Shown here piece by piece: positions 1 through 9,156 of a stretch of DNA of 64,000 bases. A model generated the notes under the pieces. It saw nothing but the letters and a program-made list of their open reading frames with translations. It was not told the DNA's origin and did no database searches. The stretch lies in contig JBKECS010000066.1 of assembly GCA_047974805.1 (NCBI GenBank), positions 27,133 to 91,132 of the forward strand. The letters run 5' to 3'. This DNA comes from Nostocoides sp. Lineage in GTDB: Bacteria; Actinomycetota; Actinomycetes; Actinomycetales; Dermatophilaceae. How positions within the stretch are numbered: position 1 is the first letter of the stretch; each line of letters starts with the position of its first letter. The position numbers were made by a program, and so were the translations under genes.

Positions 1-258
1 GATCGCTTGCGTGGCGGCCGCCTCATCGGCCCGATGGAACGCATCATCATCCTCGGGCTCGGGCTCGCCGGGAACCTCACGGCCGCGAGCCTGGTCATTG
101 CCGCCAAGGGCCTCATCCGGTTTCCCGAACTCCAGGCGCACGGCGCGGATGCCGACCGACCCGGGATCGATGAGGTCACCGAGTACTTCCTCGTTGGGAG
201 CCTGGTGAGTTGGCTTGTGTCCCTGGTCGCCTTGACCCTTGTTGTCGGCAGCGGCTGA
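1..258 (+). CDS. 3' end of a membrane protein gene truncated by the window edge (function unknown)
   Basis: Frame 1 is open from nt 1 to the stop at 256-258. It has hydrophobic segments (IIILGLGLAGNLTAASLVIAA, FLVGSLVSWLVSLVALTLVV). No family recognised. Confidence 0.35.
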   Translation, partial: DRLRGGRLIGPMERIIILGLGLAGNLTAASLVIAAKGLIRFPELQAHGADADRPGIDEVTEYFLVGSLVSWLVSLVALTLVVGSG

Positions 259-317
259 GGCACCGACAGGCGAGATCCGGTTCGCTGCAACCGGGCATCG
301 GTGACACCATCTCGATT

Positions 318-1028
318 GTGACCCCAGAGTCCACCAGCGACATCGGGCCGGACCTGGTGCCGGCCCGACGTCATGAGGTGCTCCGTCAGGCGTGGTCGGT
401 CGGATTCGCCACCGGACTGTACGGCATCAGCTTCGGCGCCCTCGCCGTGGCCGCAGGGCTGTCGATTTGGCAGACCCAGGCGCTGTCCCTGCTCATGTTC
501 ACCGGAGGTTCCCAGTTCGCCTTCGTCGGCATCGTGGCCGCGGGGGGGCTGGCGTCCGCGCCGGCGGCCATCGCCACAGCCGCCTTCCTCGGTGTCCGAA
601 ACGGTCTGTACGGGCTGCAAACCTCGCGGTTGCTCAAGGTTGTCGGGCTCCGGCGTCTCCTCGCCGCCCAGGTGACCATCGACGAGTCCACCGCGGTCGG
701 TGTCGTCCAACCCGAGGAGAGGGCGCAACGGCTGGGGTTCTGGCAAACCGGGATCGCGGTCTACCTGTTCTGGAACACCGCCACATTCATCGGCGCCGTG
801 GTCGGCAATGCCCTGGGTGATCCCAAGCGGTACGGGTTGGATGCCGCGGCAGCCGCGGCCTTCTGCGCGCTGCTATGGCCGCGGCTTCGCTCACGGGAGG
901 CGATCGCCGTCGCGGCCACGGCTATGGTCATTGCCACGGTGTTGTCCCCCACGCTGCCAGCCGGTGTTCCCGTGTTGCTGGCGTCCAGCGCCGCGTTGCT
1001 CGCCCTCATCCTCCCCAGGGGGAGATGA
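318..1028 (+). CDS. azlC: AzlC-family branched-chain amino acid exporter subunit
   Basis: AzlC-like segment GLYGISFGALAVAAGLS...LMFTGGSQFAFVG plus further hydrophobic helices. The stop overlaps the azlD start (ATGA at 1025-1028). Start uncertain: I prefer the in-frame GTG at 318 over the TTG at 210, which lies inside the preceding ORF. Confidence 0.8.
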   Translation: MTPESTSDIGPDLVPARRHEVLRQAWSVGFATGLYGISFGALAVAAGLSIWQTQALSLLMFTGGSQFAFVGIVAAGGLASAPAAIATAAFLGVRNGLYGLQTSRLLKVVGLRRLLAAQVTIDESTAVGVVQPEERAQRLGFWQTGIAVYLFWNTATFIGAVVGNALGDPKRYGLDAAAAAAFCALLWPRLRSREAIAVAATAMVIATVLSPTLPAGVPVLLASSAALLALILPRGR

Positions 1029-1345
1029 TGACGATGACCATCGCCGTGCTCCTAGCGAGCGCCGCCTGCTACGCCTTGAAGCTCACGGGCTATGTCTTCC
1101 CCGGACACTGGCTGGACGGCGAACGAACGTCGCGAGTGCTTTCTGCGCTCCCCATCGCCCTGCTGGCAGCGCTCATCGCGGTGCAAACGCTCATCGGGAC
1201 CGGCGGCCGGGTGGTCTTAGATGGCCGAATACCCGCAGTGTTCGTCGCCATCGTTCTGCTGCGTCTTAAGGCAAACTTCATTGTCGTCGTCGTCGCGTCT
1301 GCGGTGGTCGCCGCCGTGCTCCGCGCCTATGGCTTGGCCACGTGA
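1025..1345 (+). CDS. azlD: AzlD-family small membrane protein
   Basis: 106-aa hydrophobic protein (MMTMTIAVLLASAACYALKLTGYVFP...) translationally coupled to azlC. Size and position are typical of AzlD. Confidence 0.75.
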   Translation: MMTMTIAVLLASAACYALKLTGYVFPGHWLDGERTSRVLSALPIALLAALIAVQTLIGTGGRVVLDGRIPAVFVAIVLLRLKANFIVVVVASAVVAAVLRAYGLAT

Positions 1346-1355
1346 CCGCCCGCGC

Positions 1356-2105
1356 TCACAACCCGAGATAGTGCTCCAGCCCGACGGTAACCCCCGGGTG
1401 GTTGCCGACCTGCCGGACACCGGCAAGTACGCCGGGCATGAACGATGTCCGCTCCAGCGAGTCGTGCCGGATGGTCAGCAACTCACCCTCGGCCCCGAAG
1501 AGGACCTCCTGGTGAGCCACGAGGCCGCGCAGTCGTACCGAATGCACCGAGACGCCATGCTCACGGCCCCCTCGGGCACCACCGGGATCCTGCTCAGTGG
1601 CGTCCGGTGTCGGCCCGAGACCGGACGCCTCCCGAGCGGCACCGATGATGTCCGCCGTGCGCGCCGCGGTCCCCGAGGGGGCGTCCACCTTGTTCGGATG
1701 GTGCAACTCGATGACCTCGACCGATTCGTAGAACCGAGCGGCCTGCTGCGCGAACGACATCATCAACAATGCGCCGATGGCGAAATTCGGTGCGATGAGC
1801 ACGCCGGTGCCCTCCGGTGAGGCAGCGACCTGCTCGCGCAGCACTCGCAGACGATCCTCGCTCCATCCGGTCGTCCCGACCACGCAGCTGACGCCGCGTG
1901 CCACGCAGTGGGCGAGGTTGGCTGGAGAGGCATCCGGAACGGCGAATTCGACGACCACGTCTGCGCCACCGAGGTCACCCAAGTCATCGCCGAGATCGAA
2001 CCGGCCCACGAGGTCCAAGTCCGCAGCAATGTCCACGGCCCCGCACACCGTCGACCCCATCCGTCCGGCAGCACCGATGACCGCCACCTTGATTGTCTCG
2101 CTCAC
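1356..2105 (-). CDS. dapB: 4-hydroxy-tetrahydrodipicolinate reductase
   Basis: N-terminal KVAVIGAAGRMGS nucleotide-binding motif and the ELHHPNKVDAPSGTA signature. 249 aa. Confidence 0.93.
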   Translation of the reverse strand: MSETIKVAVIGAAGRMGSTVCGAVDIAADLDLVGRFDLGDDLGDLGGADVVVEFAVPDASPANLAHCVARGVSCVVGTTGWSEDRLRVLREQVAASPEGTGVLIAPNFAIGALLMMSFAQQAARFYESVEVIELHHPNKVDAPSGTAARTADIIGAAREASGLGPTPDATEQDPGGARGGREHGVSVHSVRLRGLVAHQEVLFGAEGELLTIRHDSLERTSFMPGVLAGVRQVGNHPGVTVGLEHYLGL

Positions 2106-2153
2106 GTCATCAAGCCTAGGGGCACGCGGCGGTGCTTCGCCGGCGACACCGGG

Positions 2154-3214
2154 TCACTTCCTCGCCTTGACCTTCTCTGGCACAACGAACGTCAAATCTC
2201 CCCCCAATACCTGGGGCTTGCCTTGGTCTGGCACGAAGGTTAGGACAGCGGCAACCCGTTCCTCGGTCACGTCCCCATGTCCGTCCTCCAAGGTTTGACC
2301 GGTCATCTCCCCATAGGCGCCGGGGACGAAGGCAAGATTGTCCGGGCTGGCATGAAACATGGTCGACAGACGATACGAGGACACCACGAGCAGCCCGGTC
2401 TTAGCGCGCACCACTCGAACGGTTCCGGCAGCGCCCGTCACGTAACGATCCCCCGTATAGGGCAGGACCGTAACGTCGAAAAGCCCTCCCTTGCCGGACT
2501 TCAGCCGCCGGACCCGCTCGGTCCAGATCGCCCTGCCGTCATCCTTGGCGCTCACGTCGAGCAGGTTCTCCGAGCGGCCGGTTTCCAGGAATGTCGCAAC
2601 CTGTTCGACCACCGCAATGGCTCGTTCGTTGTCCGCTGCGCTCGGGGTGCTGCTCGTTCCGGGCGGCAACGCCTCGGGGAGTTTGCTGACCTCGGCCCCG
2701 GAACTCATCGCCACCCGCCACGGTTCATCGGCCTCCGATTGGATCAACAGGGTCATCGAGCGCTGGTCCTTATAGACCGGCCCCGGCGTGGTTCCTTGCG
2801 CGTAGACAGTCCCGGCGCTGAGCACGACCCGGGGTACCCCTGGGCAGCAGGTGCGTAGAGGCGGTCTCTCTGGTGAAAAGGGGTGTGGGCTTGTCCTCAC
2901 CGGTCGACTTCACGTACTTCTGCGCCATGGTGAAGAAGTCGTCCCCCATCCAGGACAACTTCCGTGGCGACGGCGCGCCAGCCCGCGGTGGCATACCTGG
3001 GCGGGTACGACGCCGACATGGCCTTGTTGTTCGCCGCGTCATAAGCCGCCCACACCTCGGGCATGTCAGCCAGTGCCAGCGGGGCGCCGTCGTTCACGGG
3101 CGTGGTGGTGGCCAGGCCGCTCGCGCTCCCGCCGGAGCAGCCACCCACTACCGCGCCAACAAGCGCAATTCCGCTGACGCATAGGGCAATTCGTTGATGT
3201 CGTGCACGTGTCAT
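2154..3214 (-). pseudogene. Lipoprotein gene whose coding signal moves through three reading frames (two apparent 1-nt indels)
   Basis: ATG at 3214 gives a lipoprotein signal (MTRARHQRIALCVSGIALVGAVVGGCSGG). High third-position GC and protein-like sequence leave this frame near 2960-2985 and continue in a second frame (KLSWMGDDFFTMAQKYVKSTGEDKPTPLFTRE). They move again near 2825-2850 into the frame of ORF 2154..2900 (VVLSAGTVYAQGTTPGPVYKDQRSMTLLIQSE...). The track lists the three pieces as separate ORFs (2897..3304, 2770..3042, 2154..2900). Confidence 0.5.
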
Positions 3215-3364
3215 GTCGTTCACGCTAGGCAAGACCGGAGACTCCTCGCGCGGCGGATGAGCGATCTGTGGATAACCACCGGCCCGTGGTCCGCGGTCAG
3301 GCACAACGAACGGGCGCCCGGTCGATCAGACCGGGCGCCCGTTGCTGGGTATGCCGTGTGCGGA

Positions 3365-5773
3365 TCAGTCCTCGTCGGAGCCGCTGCCCTCGCCGGACTC
3401 GGAACCGTCGTGGTCACTGTTACCGTGGCCACGACGACGACGGCGGCTGCGCTGACGGCGCTCGCCGTCACCGGAGCCTTCGGCCGCACCATCAGCGGAT
3501 TCGCCGGACCCCTCGTCGGAGCCTTCGCCGGATCCGGCTGAGTCCTGGCCGCCCTGCTCGCTGTTGCCCTCGGGCAGCACGGCCGCCAACGACAGCTTGC
3601 CCCGCGGGTCGATCTCCTTCAGCTCGACCTGGACCTTCTGGCCCACCGAGAGCACATCGTCGACCGAGTCGATCCGCTTGCCGCCGACGAGCTTGCGAAT
3701 CTCGCTAATGTGCAGCAGCCCGTCCTTGCCAGGCAGCAGCGAGATGAAGGCCCCGAACGTCGTGGTCTTCACCACCGTCCCGAGGAACCGCTCGCCGACC
3801 TCAGGCATCTGCGGGTTGGCAATGGCGTTCACCGCTGCCCGGGCCGCCTCGGCCGACGGGCCGTCGGTGGCGCCGATGTAGACCGTGCCGTCATCCTCGA
3901 TGGAGATGTCGGCGCCAGTGTCCTCCTGGATCTGGTTGATCATCTTGCCCTTGGGGCCGATGACCTCACCGATCTTGTCGACCGGCACCTTGACCGAGAT
4001 GACCCGCGGAGCGGTGGCCGCCATCTCATCCGGTGCGTCGATCGCCTCATTCATGACGTCGAGGATGTGGAACCGAGCATCCCGGGCCTGGGTGAGCGCC
4101 CCGGCCAAGACATCGGCGGGGATCCCGTCGAGCTTGGTGTCCAGTTGGATGGCGGTGACGAACTCTCTCGTCCCGGCAACCTTGAAGTCCATGTCGCCGA
4201 AAGCGTCCTCGGCGCCGAGGATGTCGGTCAGCGCCGCATACTGCATCTCACCGTCGATCTGCGCAGACACCAGGCCCATGGCGATGCCTGCGACCGGAGC
4301 ACGCAGCGGCACACCGGCATTGAGCAGCGACAACGTCGAGGCACAAACCGAACCCATTGAGGTCGACCCGTTCGATCCCAGCGCTTCGGAAACCTGGCGG
4401 ATCGCATACGGGAACTCTTCCCGGGTGGGCAGCACCGGCATAAGGGCCCGCTCGGCCAGCGCCCCGTGACCGATCTCGCGGCGCTTGGGTGAACCGACCC
4501 GGCCGGTCTCACCGGTGGAGTACGGCGGGACGTTGTAGTTGTGCATGTAGCGCTTGCGGGTCACCGGGCTCAGGGTGTCCAGCTGCTGCTCCATCCGGAG
4601 CATGTTCAGCGTGGTGACGCCCATGATCTGGGTCTCGCCGCGCTCGAACAGCGCGCTGCCGTGCACCCGCGGGAGCACCTCGACCTCGGCCGAGAGGGCC
4701 CGGATGTCGGCCAGGCCGCGGCCATCGATGCGGACCTTGTCGCGCAAGATCCGCTCACGCACGAGCTGCTTCTGCACCGATCGGTATGCCGCCGAGACCT
4801 CGCTGTCGCGGCCCTGGAAGTCCTTGCCCTCACCGCACAGGGCCTCCTTGAGGGCGGCCTTGATCTCGTCGAGCTTGTCCTCGCGCTCCTGCTTGCCGGC
4901 AATGGTCAGCGCAGCGGCGAGCTGGTCGGTCGTGTCCTTGGCCACCCGCTCGTAGACATCGTCGGTGTAGTCGAGAAAGACCGGGAACTCCTCCACCGGC
5001 TTGGCCGCCTGAGCCGCAAGCTGCGACTGCGCCTCGCACAGCACCTTGATGAAGGTCTTGGAGGCCTCCAGACCCTGCGCGACGACCTCTTCGGTGGGAG
5101 CGGTCTTGCCCTGATTCTTCACCAAGCCCCAGGTGGCCTCGGTGGACTCCGCCTCGACCATCATGATCGCCACGTCATCGCTGCCGTCGGCCTTGGTCAC
5201 GACGCGACCGGCGACGACCATGTCGAAGGTGGAGTTCTCGCTGTCGGAGAAGTTCGGGAAGGCGACCCACTGGCCGTCGATGAGCGAGACCCGCACACCG
5301 CCGATCGGGCCGGAGAACGGCAGACCGGAGATTTGGGTCGCTGCGGAGGCGCCGTTGATGGCCAGCACGTCGTACTGGTGGTCGGGGTTGAGCGACAGGA
5401 CGGTGATGACGACCTGGACCTCGTTGCGCAGACCCTTGACGAAGCTCGGTCGCAGCGGCCGGTCGATGAGTCGGCAGGTGAGGATGGCGTCCGTGGACGG
5501 TCGTCCCTCGCGACGGAAGAAGCTTCCGGGGATCTTGCCGGCGGCATACATCCGCTCTTCGACATCCACCGTCAGCGGGAAGAAGTCGAAACCTTCACGG
5601 GGGTGTTTGCCCGCCGTGGTGGTGGCCAGCAGCATGGTTTCGCCGTCGAGATAGGCGGCGACCGCTCCCCCGGCCTGCTTGGCCAGACGTCCGGTCTCGA
5701 ACCTGACGCTCCGGCTGCCGAACCGACCGTTGTCGATGATCGCTTCGGCGAAGGTGATTTCGGGACCCTCCAT
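3365..5773 (-). CDS. pnp: Polyribonucleotide nucleotidyltransferase (PNPase) with a long low-complexity C-terminal tail
   Basis: Two RNase PH-like halves, a KH segment ([17 protein letters not shown]) and an S1 segment ([32 protein letters not shown]). Lies downstream of rpsO, as is usual. Confidence 0.96.
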   Translation of the reverse strand: MEGPEITFAEAIIDNGRFGSRSVRFETGRLAKQAGGAVAAYLDGETMLLATTTAGKHPREGFDFFPLTVDVEERMYAAGKIPGSFFRREGRPSTDAILTCRLIDRPLRPSFVKGLRNEVQVVITVLSLNPDHQYDVLAINGASAATQISGLPFSGPIGGVRVSLIDGQWVAFPNFSDSENSTFDMVVAGRVVTKADGSDDVAIMMVEAESTEATWGLVKNQGKTAPTEEVVAQGLEASKTFIKVLCEAQSQLAAQAAKPVEEFPVFLDYTDDVYERVAKDTTDQLAAALTIAGKQEREDKLDEIKAALKEALCGEGKDFQGRDSEVSAAYRSVQKQLVRERILRDKVRIDGRGLADIRALSAEVEVLPRVHGSALFERGETQIMGVTTLNMLRMEQQLDTLSPVTRKRYMHNYNVPPYSTGETGRVGSPKRREIGHGALAERALMPVLPTREEFPYAIRQVSEALGSNGSTSMGSVCASTLSLLNAGVPLRAPVAGIAMGLVSAQIDGEMQYAALTDILGAEDAFGDMDFKVAGTREFVTAIQLDTKLDGIPADVLAGALTQARDARFHILDVMNEAIDAPDEMAATAPRVISVKVPVDKIGEVIGPKGKMINQIQEDTGADISIEDDGTVYIGATDGPSAEAARAAVNAIANPQMPEVGERFLGTVVKTTTFGAFISLLPGKDGLLHISEIRKLVGGKRIDSVDDVLSVGQKVQVELKEIDPRGKLSLAAVLPEGNSEQGGQDSAGSGEGSDEGSGESADGAAEGSGDGERRQRSRRRRRGHGNSDHDGSESGEGSGSDED

Positions 5774-5888
5774 GGGGACCCTCCTGTTCTGTTTGTCCTA
5801 GCCGCGCGCATCGTCGTTGTGCGCGTCGGTGTTCTTCTTGGTGCGGGGGTTTGATGCGGTCGTATGCCGCGCACCACGACATACGAAA

Positions 5889-5940
5889 CGCCTCAGAGGC
5901 GGGCTCTCCGGAAGGTTTGGAGACACCCGCCTCTGAGGCG
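5889..5940 (-). terminator. rpsO terminator / pnp leader hairpin
   Basis: Perfect 15-bp inverted repeat CGCCTCAGAGGCGGG (5889-5903) / CCCGCCTCTGAGGCG (5926-5940) with a 22-nt loop. It begins 6 nt after the rpsO stop codon and lies upstream of pnp. Confidence 0.7.
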
Positions 5941-5945
5941 CAAGG

Positions 5946-6215
5946 TCATCGGCGCAAGCCCAGGCGCTTGATCAACGAGCGGTAGCGCTCGATGTCGACG
6001 CTCTCGAGGTATCGCAGGAGTCGGCGACGACGGCCGACCAACAGGAGCAGGCCACGACGGCTGTGGTGGTCGTGCTTGTGCTCCCGCGAGTGTTCGGTGA
6101 GGTCCTTGATGCGCTGGGTGAGCAGCGCGATCTGCACCTCGGGAGAACCGGTGTCGCCCTCGACGGTGGCATATTCGGCGATGATCTTCTGCTTGGTGTC
6201 AGCGTCCAGTGGCAT
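5946..6215 (-). CDS. rpsO: 30S ribosomal protein S15
   Basis: 89 aa. [48 protein letters not shown] is the S15 signature region. Confidence 0.96.
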   Translation of the reverse strand: MPLDADTKQKIIAEYATVEGDTGSPEVQIALLTQRIKDLTEHSREHKHDHHSRRGLLLLVGRRRRLLRYLESVDIERYRSLIKRLGLRR

Positions 6216-6388
6216 GCGCTACCGGCTCCTTGTCACAGTTGTTGCGCGGCGCACCCGGGCCTGTTCACCGGGGCACTATCACTCCGCGGCCGCATCTACG
6301 GCGAGTCAAGGTTACCGCCCACGAACCTCTCTGCGCGAATCGCTTGCGGTAACTGCCCGCCGCGACCGCATCCGTCGCCATTCTCGGT

Positions 6389-6428
6389 GGAGGTTCGTTC
6401 GTGCGCCAGTGCGCACGATGGGACCTCC
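6389..6428 (-). terminator. Possible stem-loop terminator after the amiC-like gene
   Basis: Nested inverted repeats GGAGGT...ACCTCC enclosing TCGTGCGC-cagt-GCGCACGA, about 20 nt after the stop at 6449. No U-tract follows. Confidence 0.3.
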
Positions 6429-6448
6429 AACCGCGCCGTCCACGCGGG

Positions 6449-7588
6449 TCAGCGGCCTCCCGTGCTGACCTGGGCAACGACGTCGAGGCCCACCCCGTTG
6501 GCCGCAGCGAGGTGAACGGGGTGTCGCGCGGCACCGGCATGTAACTCGACCGTGCCGTGGGGAGAGTCCCACGCCCACGAATGGAAGGCGCGCCGAGTGT
6601 CCGGCACGGTGGGGATCGTTCGCCCCGCAATGCTGGTGAGCAGGTGTACGCCCGAGTACGTGGTCTCGGCCATGGTTCCTGGCTCGGGAGCATGCGACTC
6701 CACCAGCGGCTCGGTGCCGCACACGAGATCCCAGGCCCGCTTGAAGTTCCTGCTGAACTCGTTCGCTGAGGCCGTTCGCAGTGAGGAGAACCAACCGGCC
6801 GAGACGAACAAGTTAGCGGTGGCCTCGGGACCGGTCGCCAAGACCACTGTCTCGTCAATGAACGGGCTGAACCGGATGATCGCACCGGCCATATCGGCGG
6901 ACGCAAAGGCCCGGTTGAAACGCACGGCGTCCGAGCCCACGAGCAAGGTGATGACACCCCGAGCTCCGCTGCTGCGGATGTCCTCCAGCACGCTGGCCCA
7001 CACGATGGGGTCCTCGGTGCCGAGGGGCACAAACCGCTGGCGGACGATCTCGGCGTCACGCTCGCACAGGCCCTCATGGGTGCGCGCCGCCGTCTCTCGA
7101 GGCCACACATAGTCGTTGCCAATGAGGTACCACCTGCGCAGGCGAAGCTCGGTGCGGAACCAGTCGAGGGAGGCCAGGATCTGGTCCCCGGGCACCTCAC
7201 CGCTACACAACACCCCGTCGTGGCGCTCCCCGCCTTCGTAGGCAGCGGCATACACATAGGGGATCCGGCCTTGGACTACCCGCGCAATGGACTGGCGCAC
7301 GTTGGACAGGTGCCATCCAGTCACCGCGTCGATCTGGTTGGCGTCCAAGAGCGCCTTGATGTGGCGTCCGACAGCGTCCGGCTCTCCGCCAGCATCGACT
7401 TCGACATAGCTGATGGATCGCCCAGCCACCCCTCCAGCTGCGTCGACCTCGGCGGCGGCCAGCTCGGCGGCGGCGAGGCATTCCAGTCCGAAGATCCCCG
7501 CCGGTCCATGCCTGGGCAGCACCAACGCGACGCGGAATTCACTCTCTGACCGGTTCGACACACCTTCGCGCCACGGAACGCTTGCCAT
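6449..7588 (-). CDS. amiC: AmiC-like amide-binding regulator (type 1 periplasmic-binding fold, cytoplasmic)
   Basis: No signal peptide. The segments AAAYEGGE and IGNDYVWPRE match, by eye, the P. aeruginosa AmiC segments YEGFE and IGSDYIYPRE. It is divergent from MarR-fmdB-amiS-amidase, as in the M. smegmatis acetamidase locus. Start chosen at MASVPW (7588); the track ORF extends to 7684. Confidence 0.75.
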   Translation of the reverse strand: MASVPWREGVSNRSESEFRVALVLPRHGPAGIFGLECLAAAELAAAEVDAAGGVAGRSISYVEVDAGGEPDAVGRHIKALLDANQIDAVTGWHLSNVRQSIARVVQGRIPYVYAAAYEGGERHDGVLCSGEVPGDQILASLDWFRTELRLRRWYLIGNDYVWPRETAARTHEGLCERDAEIVRQRFVPLGTEDPIVWASVLEDIRSSGARGVITLLVGSDAVRFNRAFASADMAGAIIRFSPFIDETVVLATGPEATANLFVSAGWFSSLRTASANEFSRNFKRAWDLVCGTEPLVESHAPEPGTMAETTYSGVHLLTSIAGRTIPTVPDTRRAFHSWAWDSPHGTVELHAGAARHPVHLAAANGVGLDVVAQVSTGGR

Positions 7589-7597
7589 ACTGTCCAC

Positions 7598-7987
7598 GTG
7601 ACGACACAACCTTCCCACTCTGGCCCGACCAGGGAACGGCAGGTGTTGTTGGTCCTGCGAGCAGCGGCGCTCGTGCAATCGCAACTCGAAGACGCGCTAC
7701 ACCCTTACGATCTTACGTCAGACCGCTGGCGCGCGCTCAAGGCTGTGCAGGCCCACCCCGGCGCCTCGATGGCCGAGTTGATTGATGCTCTCGTCATGCC
7801 GTCAACCTCCGCCACGCGCACCGTTGACGCACTCGTGGAGATGGGCGCATTGTTCCGTGCCCCCGACCCAGACGACCGTCGGCGAGTAACCCTGCACCTA
7901 TCCGCCCAGGGCAAGCGCCTCCTTCGGCAGGTGCAGGACGGCGTCGCCGGAATCATCCTGCCCGACGAAGCCTTCGCGCCGCGCTGA
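7598..7987 (+). CDS. MarR-family transcriptional regulator
   Basis: Winged-helix region LTSDRWRALKAVQAHPGASMAELIDALVMPSTSATRTVDALVEMGALFRAPDPDDRRRVTLHLSAQGKRLL. Start uncertain (GTG at 7598 or GTG at 7643). Confidence 0.8.
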   Translation: MTTQPSHSGPTRERQVLLVLRAAALVQSQLEDALHPYDLTSDRWRALKAVQAHPGASMAELIDALVMPSTSATRTVDALVEMGALFRAPDPDDRRRVTLHLSAQGKRLLRQVQDGVAGIILPDEAFAPR

Positions 7988-8069
7988 CCAGACCGGACTA
8001 ACGGAACCTCACAAAAGGACACCTCGGGTCTAGACACGACCGGACACCCATGGTTGCATGACACTATTC

Positions 8070-8092
8070 CCGATTGGGATTATCCCATTCGG
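8070..8092. promoter_or_regulatory. Candidate operator palindrome upstream of the fmdB-amiS-fmdA genes
   Basis: CCGATTGGGAT-T-ATCCCATTCGG: 11-nt arms with one mismatch, in a locally AT-richer stretch 53 nt upstream of the fmdB-like start. Confidence 0.35.
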
Positions 8093-8144
8093 CTTAAATG
8101 CTCTGGCAGGCCTATCGCACAACCACCAATCCGGAGGTCACCCC

Positions 8145-8432
8145 ATGGCGACATACGAGTTCTCCTGCGACCGCGACGGAATCACTGCCCAGCGGCTCCC
8201 CCTGGGTCAGGCGCCCACGGTGGTCCCCTGCCCCACCTGCGGCGGCCCCGCCAAACGGCGATTTAGCGCCCCTCAGCTGCGTCTCGGCGACTCCCGGGCG
8301 CGTCGGCTCATCGCCTCGACGGAAGCCAGCGCCGCGAAGCCAACCGTGGTCTCCGCACCGGCGGGTCGACGCACAAGGCCGGGCATCGCCAGGACCTTCG
8401 ATCCGCGCCAGTTGCGGCTTCCCCGGCCGTAA
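8145..8432 (+). CDS. FmdB-family putative regulatory zinc-ribbon protein (first knuckle degenerate)
   Basis: MATYEFSCDRDG...VPCPTCGG resembles the FmdB N-terminus MPxYEYxCxxCG...CPxCGG. GGAGG lies 8 nt upstream of the ATG at 8145. Position matches amiD/fmdB in amidase loci. Confidence 0.65.
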   Translation: MATYEFSCDRDGITAQRLPLGQAPTVVPCPTCGGPAKRRFSAPQLRLGDSRARRLIASTEASAAKPTVVSAPAGRRTRPGIARTFDPRQLRLPRP

Positions 8433-8470
8433 GCAAAGGCGGGACGCACGTCTCGTCAGGAAGGAGCGTC

Positions 8471-9097
8471 ATGAGTTCCGTCGGTTTGTTATATGTCGGC
8501 GCCGTCCTCTTCATCAACGGCTGTGGACTGCTGGGCCTCGTCCGCGGCACCGGCACTGTGCCCATGAACGTGTTCGTGGGTTTGCTCCAGGCGATCACCC
8601 CCACATGGCTGATCATGTCCTCCGGCGGTGACCCCGATGTTATCTTCGGCGCCTCCGGATTGTTCCTCTTCTCGTTCACCTACCTCTATGTCGCGTGGAA
8701 CGCGATCTGGGGAACGGACCCCACCGGCGTCGGCTACTTCTCGTTGTTCGTCGCTATCGCCGCTGTCGCCTACGCCCTGGTGAACATCATCAAGTACCAG
8801 GACTACGCGTTCGGCGTGATCTGGCTCCTGTGGGCGGTGTTGTGGGCGCTCTTCTTCCTCCTCCTCGGCCTGGGCCGGGAACACCTCACCCGAGTGACCG
8901 GAGCGGTGGCCCTTGTCGAGGGTTGGACAACGGCGGCGATCCCCGCCTTCTTGCTGCTCATCGGTTGGTGGTCGGGCAAATCATCTGGCGTTCTTGCCGG
9001 GGCGGTCGCCGTCGTGACGGTCCTCGGAGTCGCTGTTGTCATGGCCGCGGCGCCCAAAGGCGCCGATCCGGACCGGGAAGGAGCCGCCACGGGATAA
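8471..9097 (+). CDS. amiS: AmiS/UreI-family amide/urea channel
   Basis: 208 aa with about 6 hydrophobic helices. The N-terminus MSSVGLLYVGAVLFINGCGLLG is typical of AmiS/UreI. Lies immediately upstream of the amidase. Confidence 0.8.
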   Translation: MSSVGLLYVGAVLFINGCGLLGLVRGTGTVPMNVFVGLLQAITPTWLIMSSGGDPDVIFGASGLFLFSFTYLYVAWNAIWGTDPTGVGYFSLFVAIAAVAYALVNIIKYQDYAFGVIWLLWAVLWALFFLLLGLGREHLTRVTGAVALVEGWTTAAIPAFLLLIGWWSGKSSGVLAGAVAVVTVLGVAVVMAAAPKGADPDREGAATG

Positions 9098-9156
9098 GCG
9101 GAACGCCATGTTGGACCTGATCCGCCACGAAGGAACGCAACAAAGGAGCGAATGCC

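Noticed and set aside
6265-7257. 330-aa minus-strand ORF overlapping the amiC-like gene in another frame.
   Set aside because: The sequence is Arg/Pro/Ser/Cys-rich and non-protein-like. The amiC-like frame carries the family motifs.
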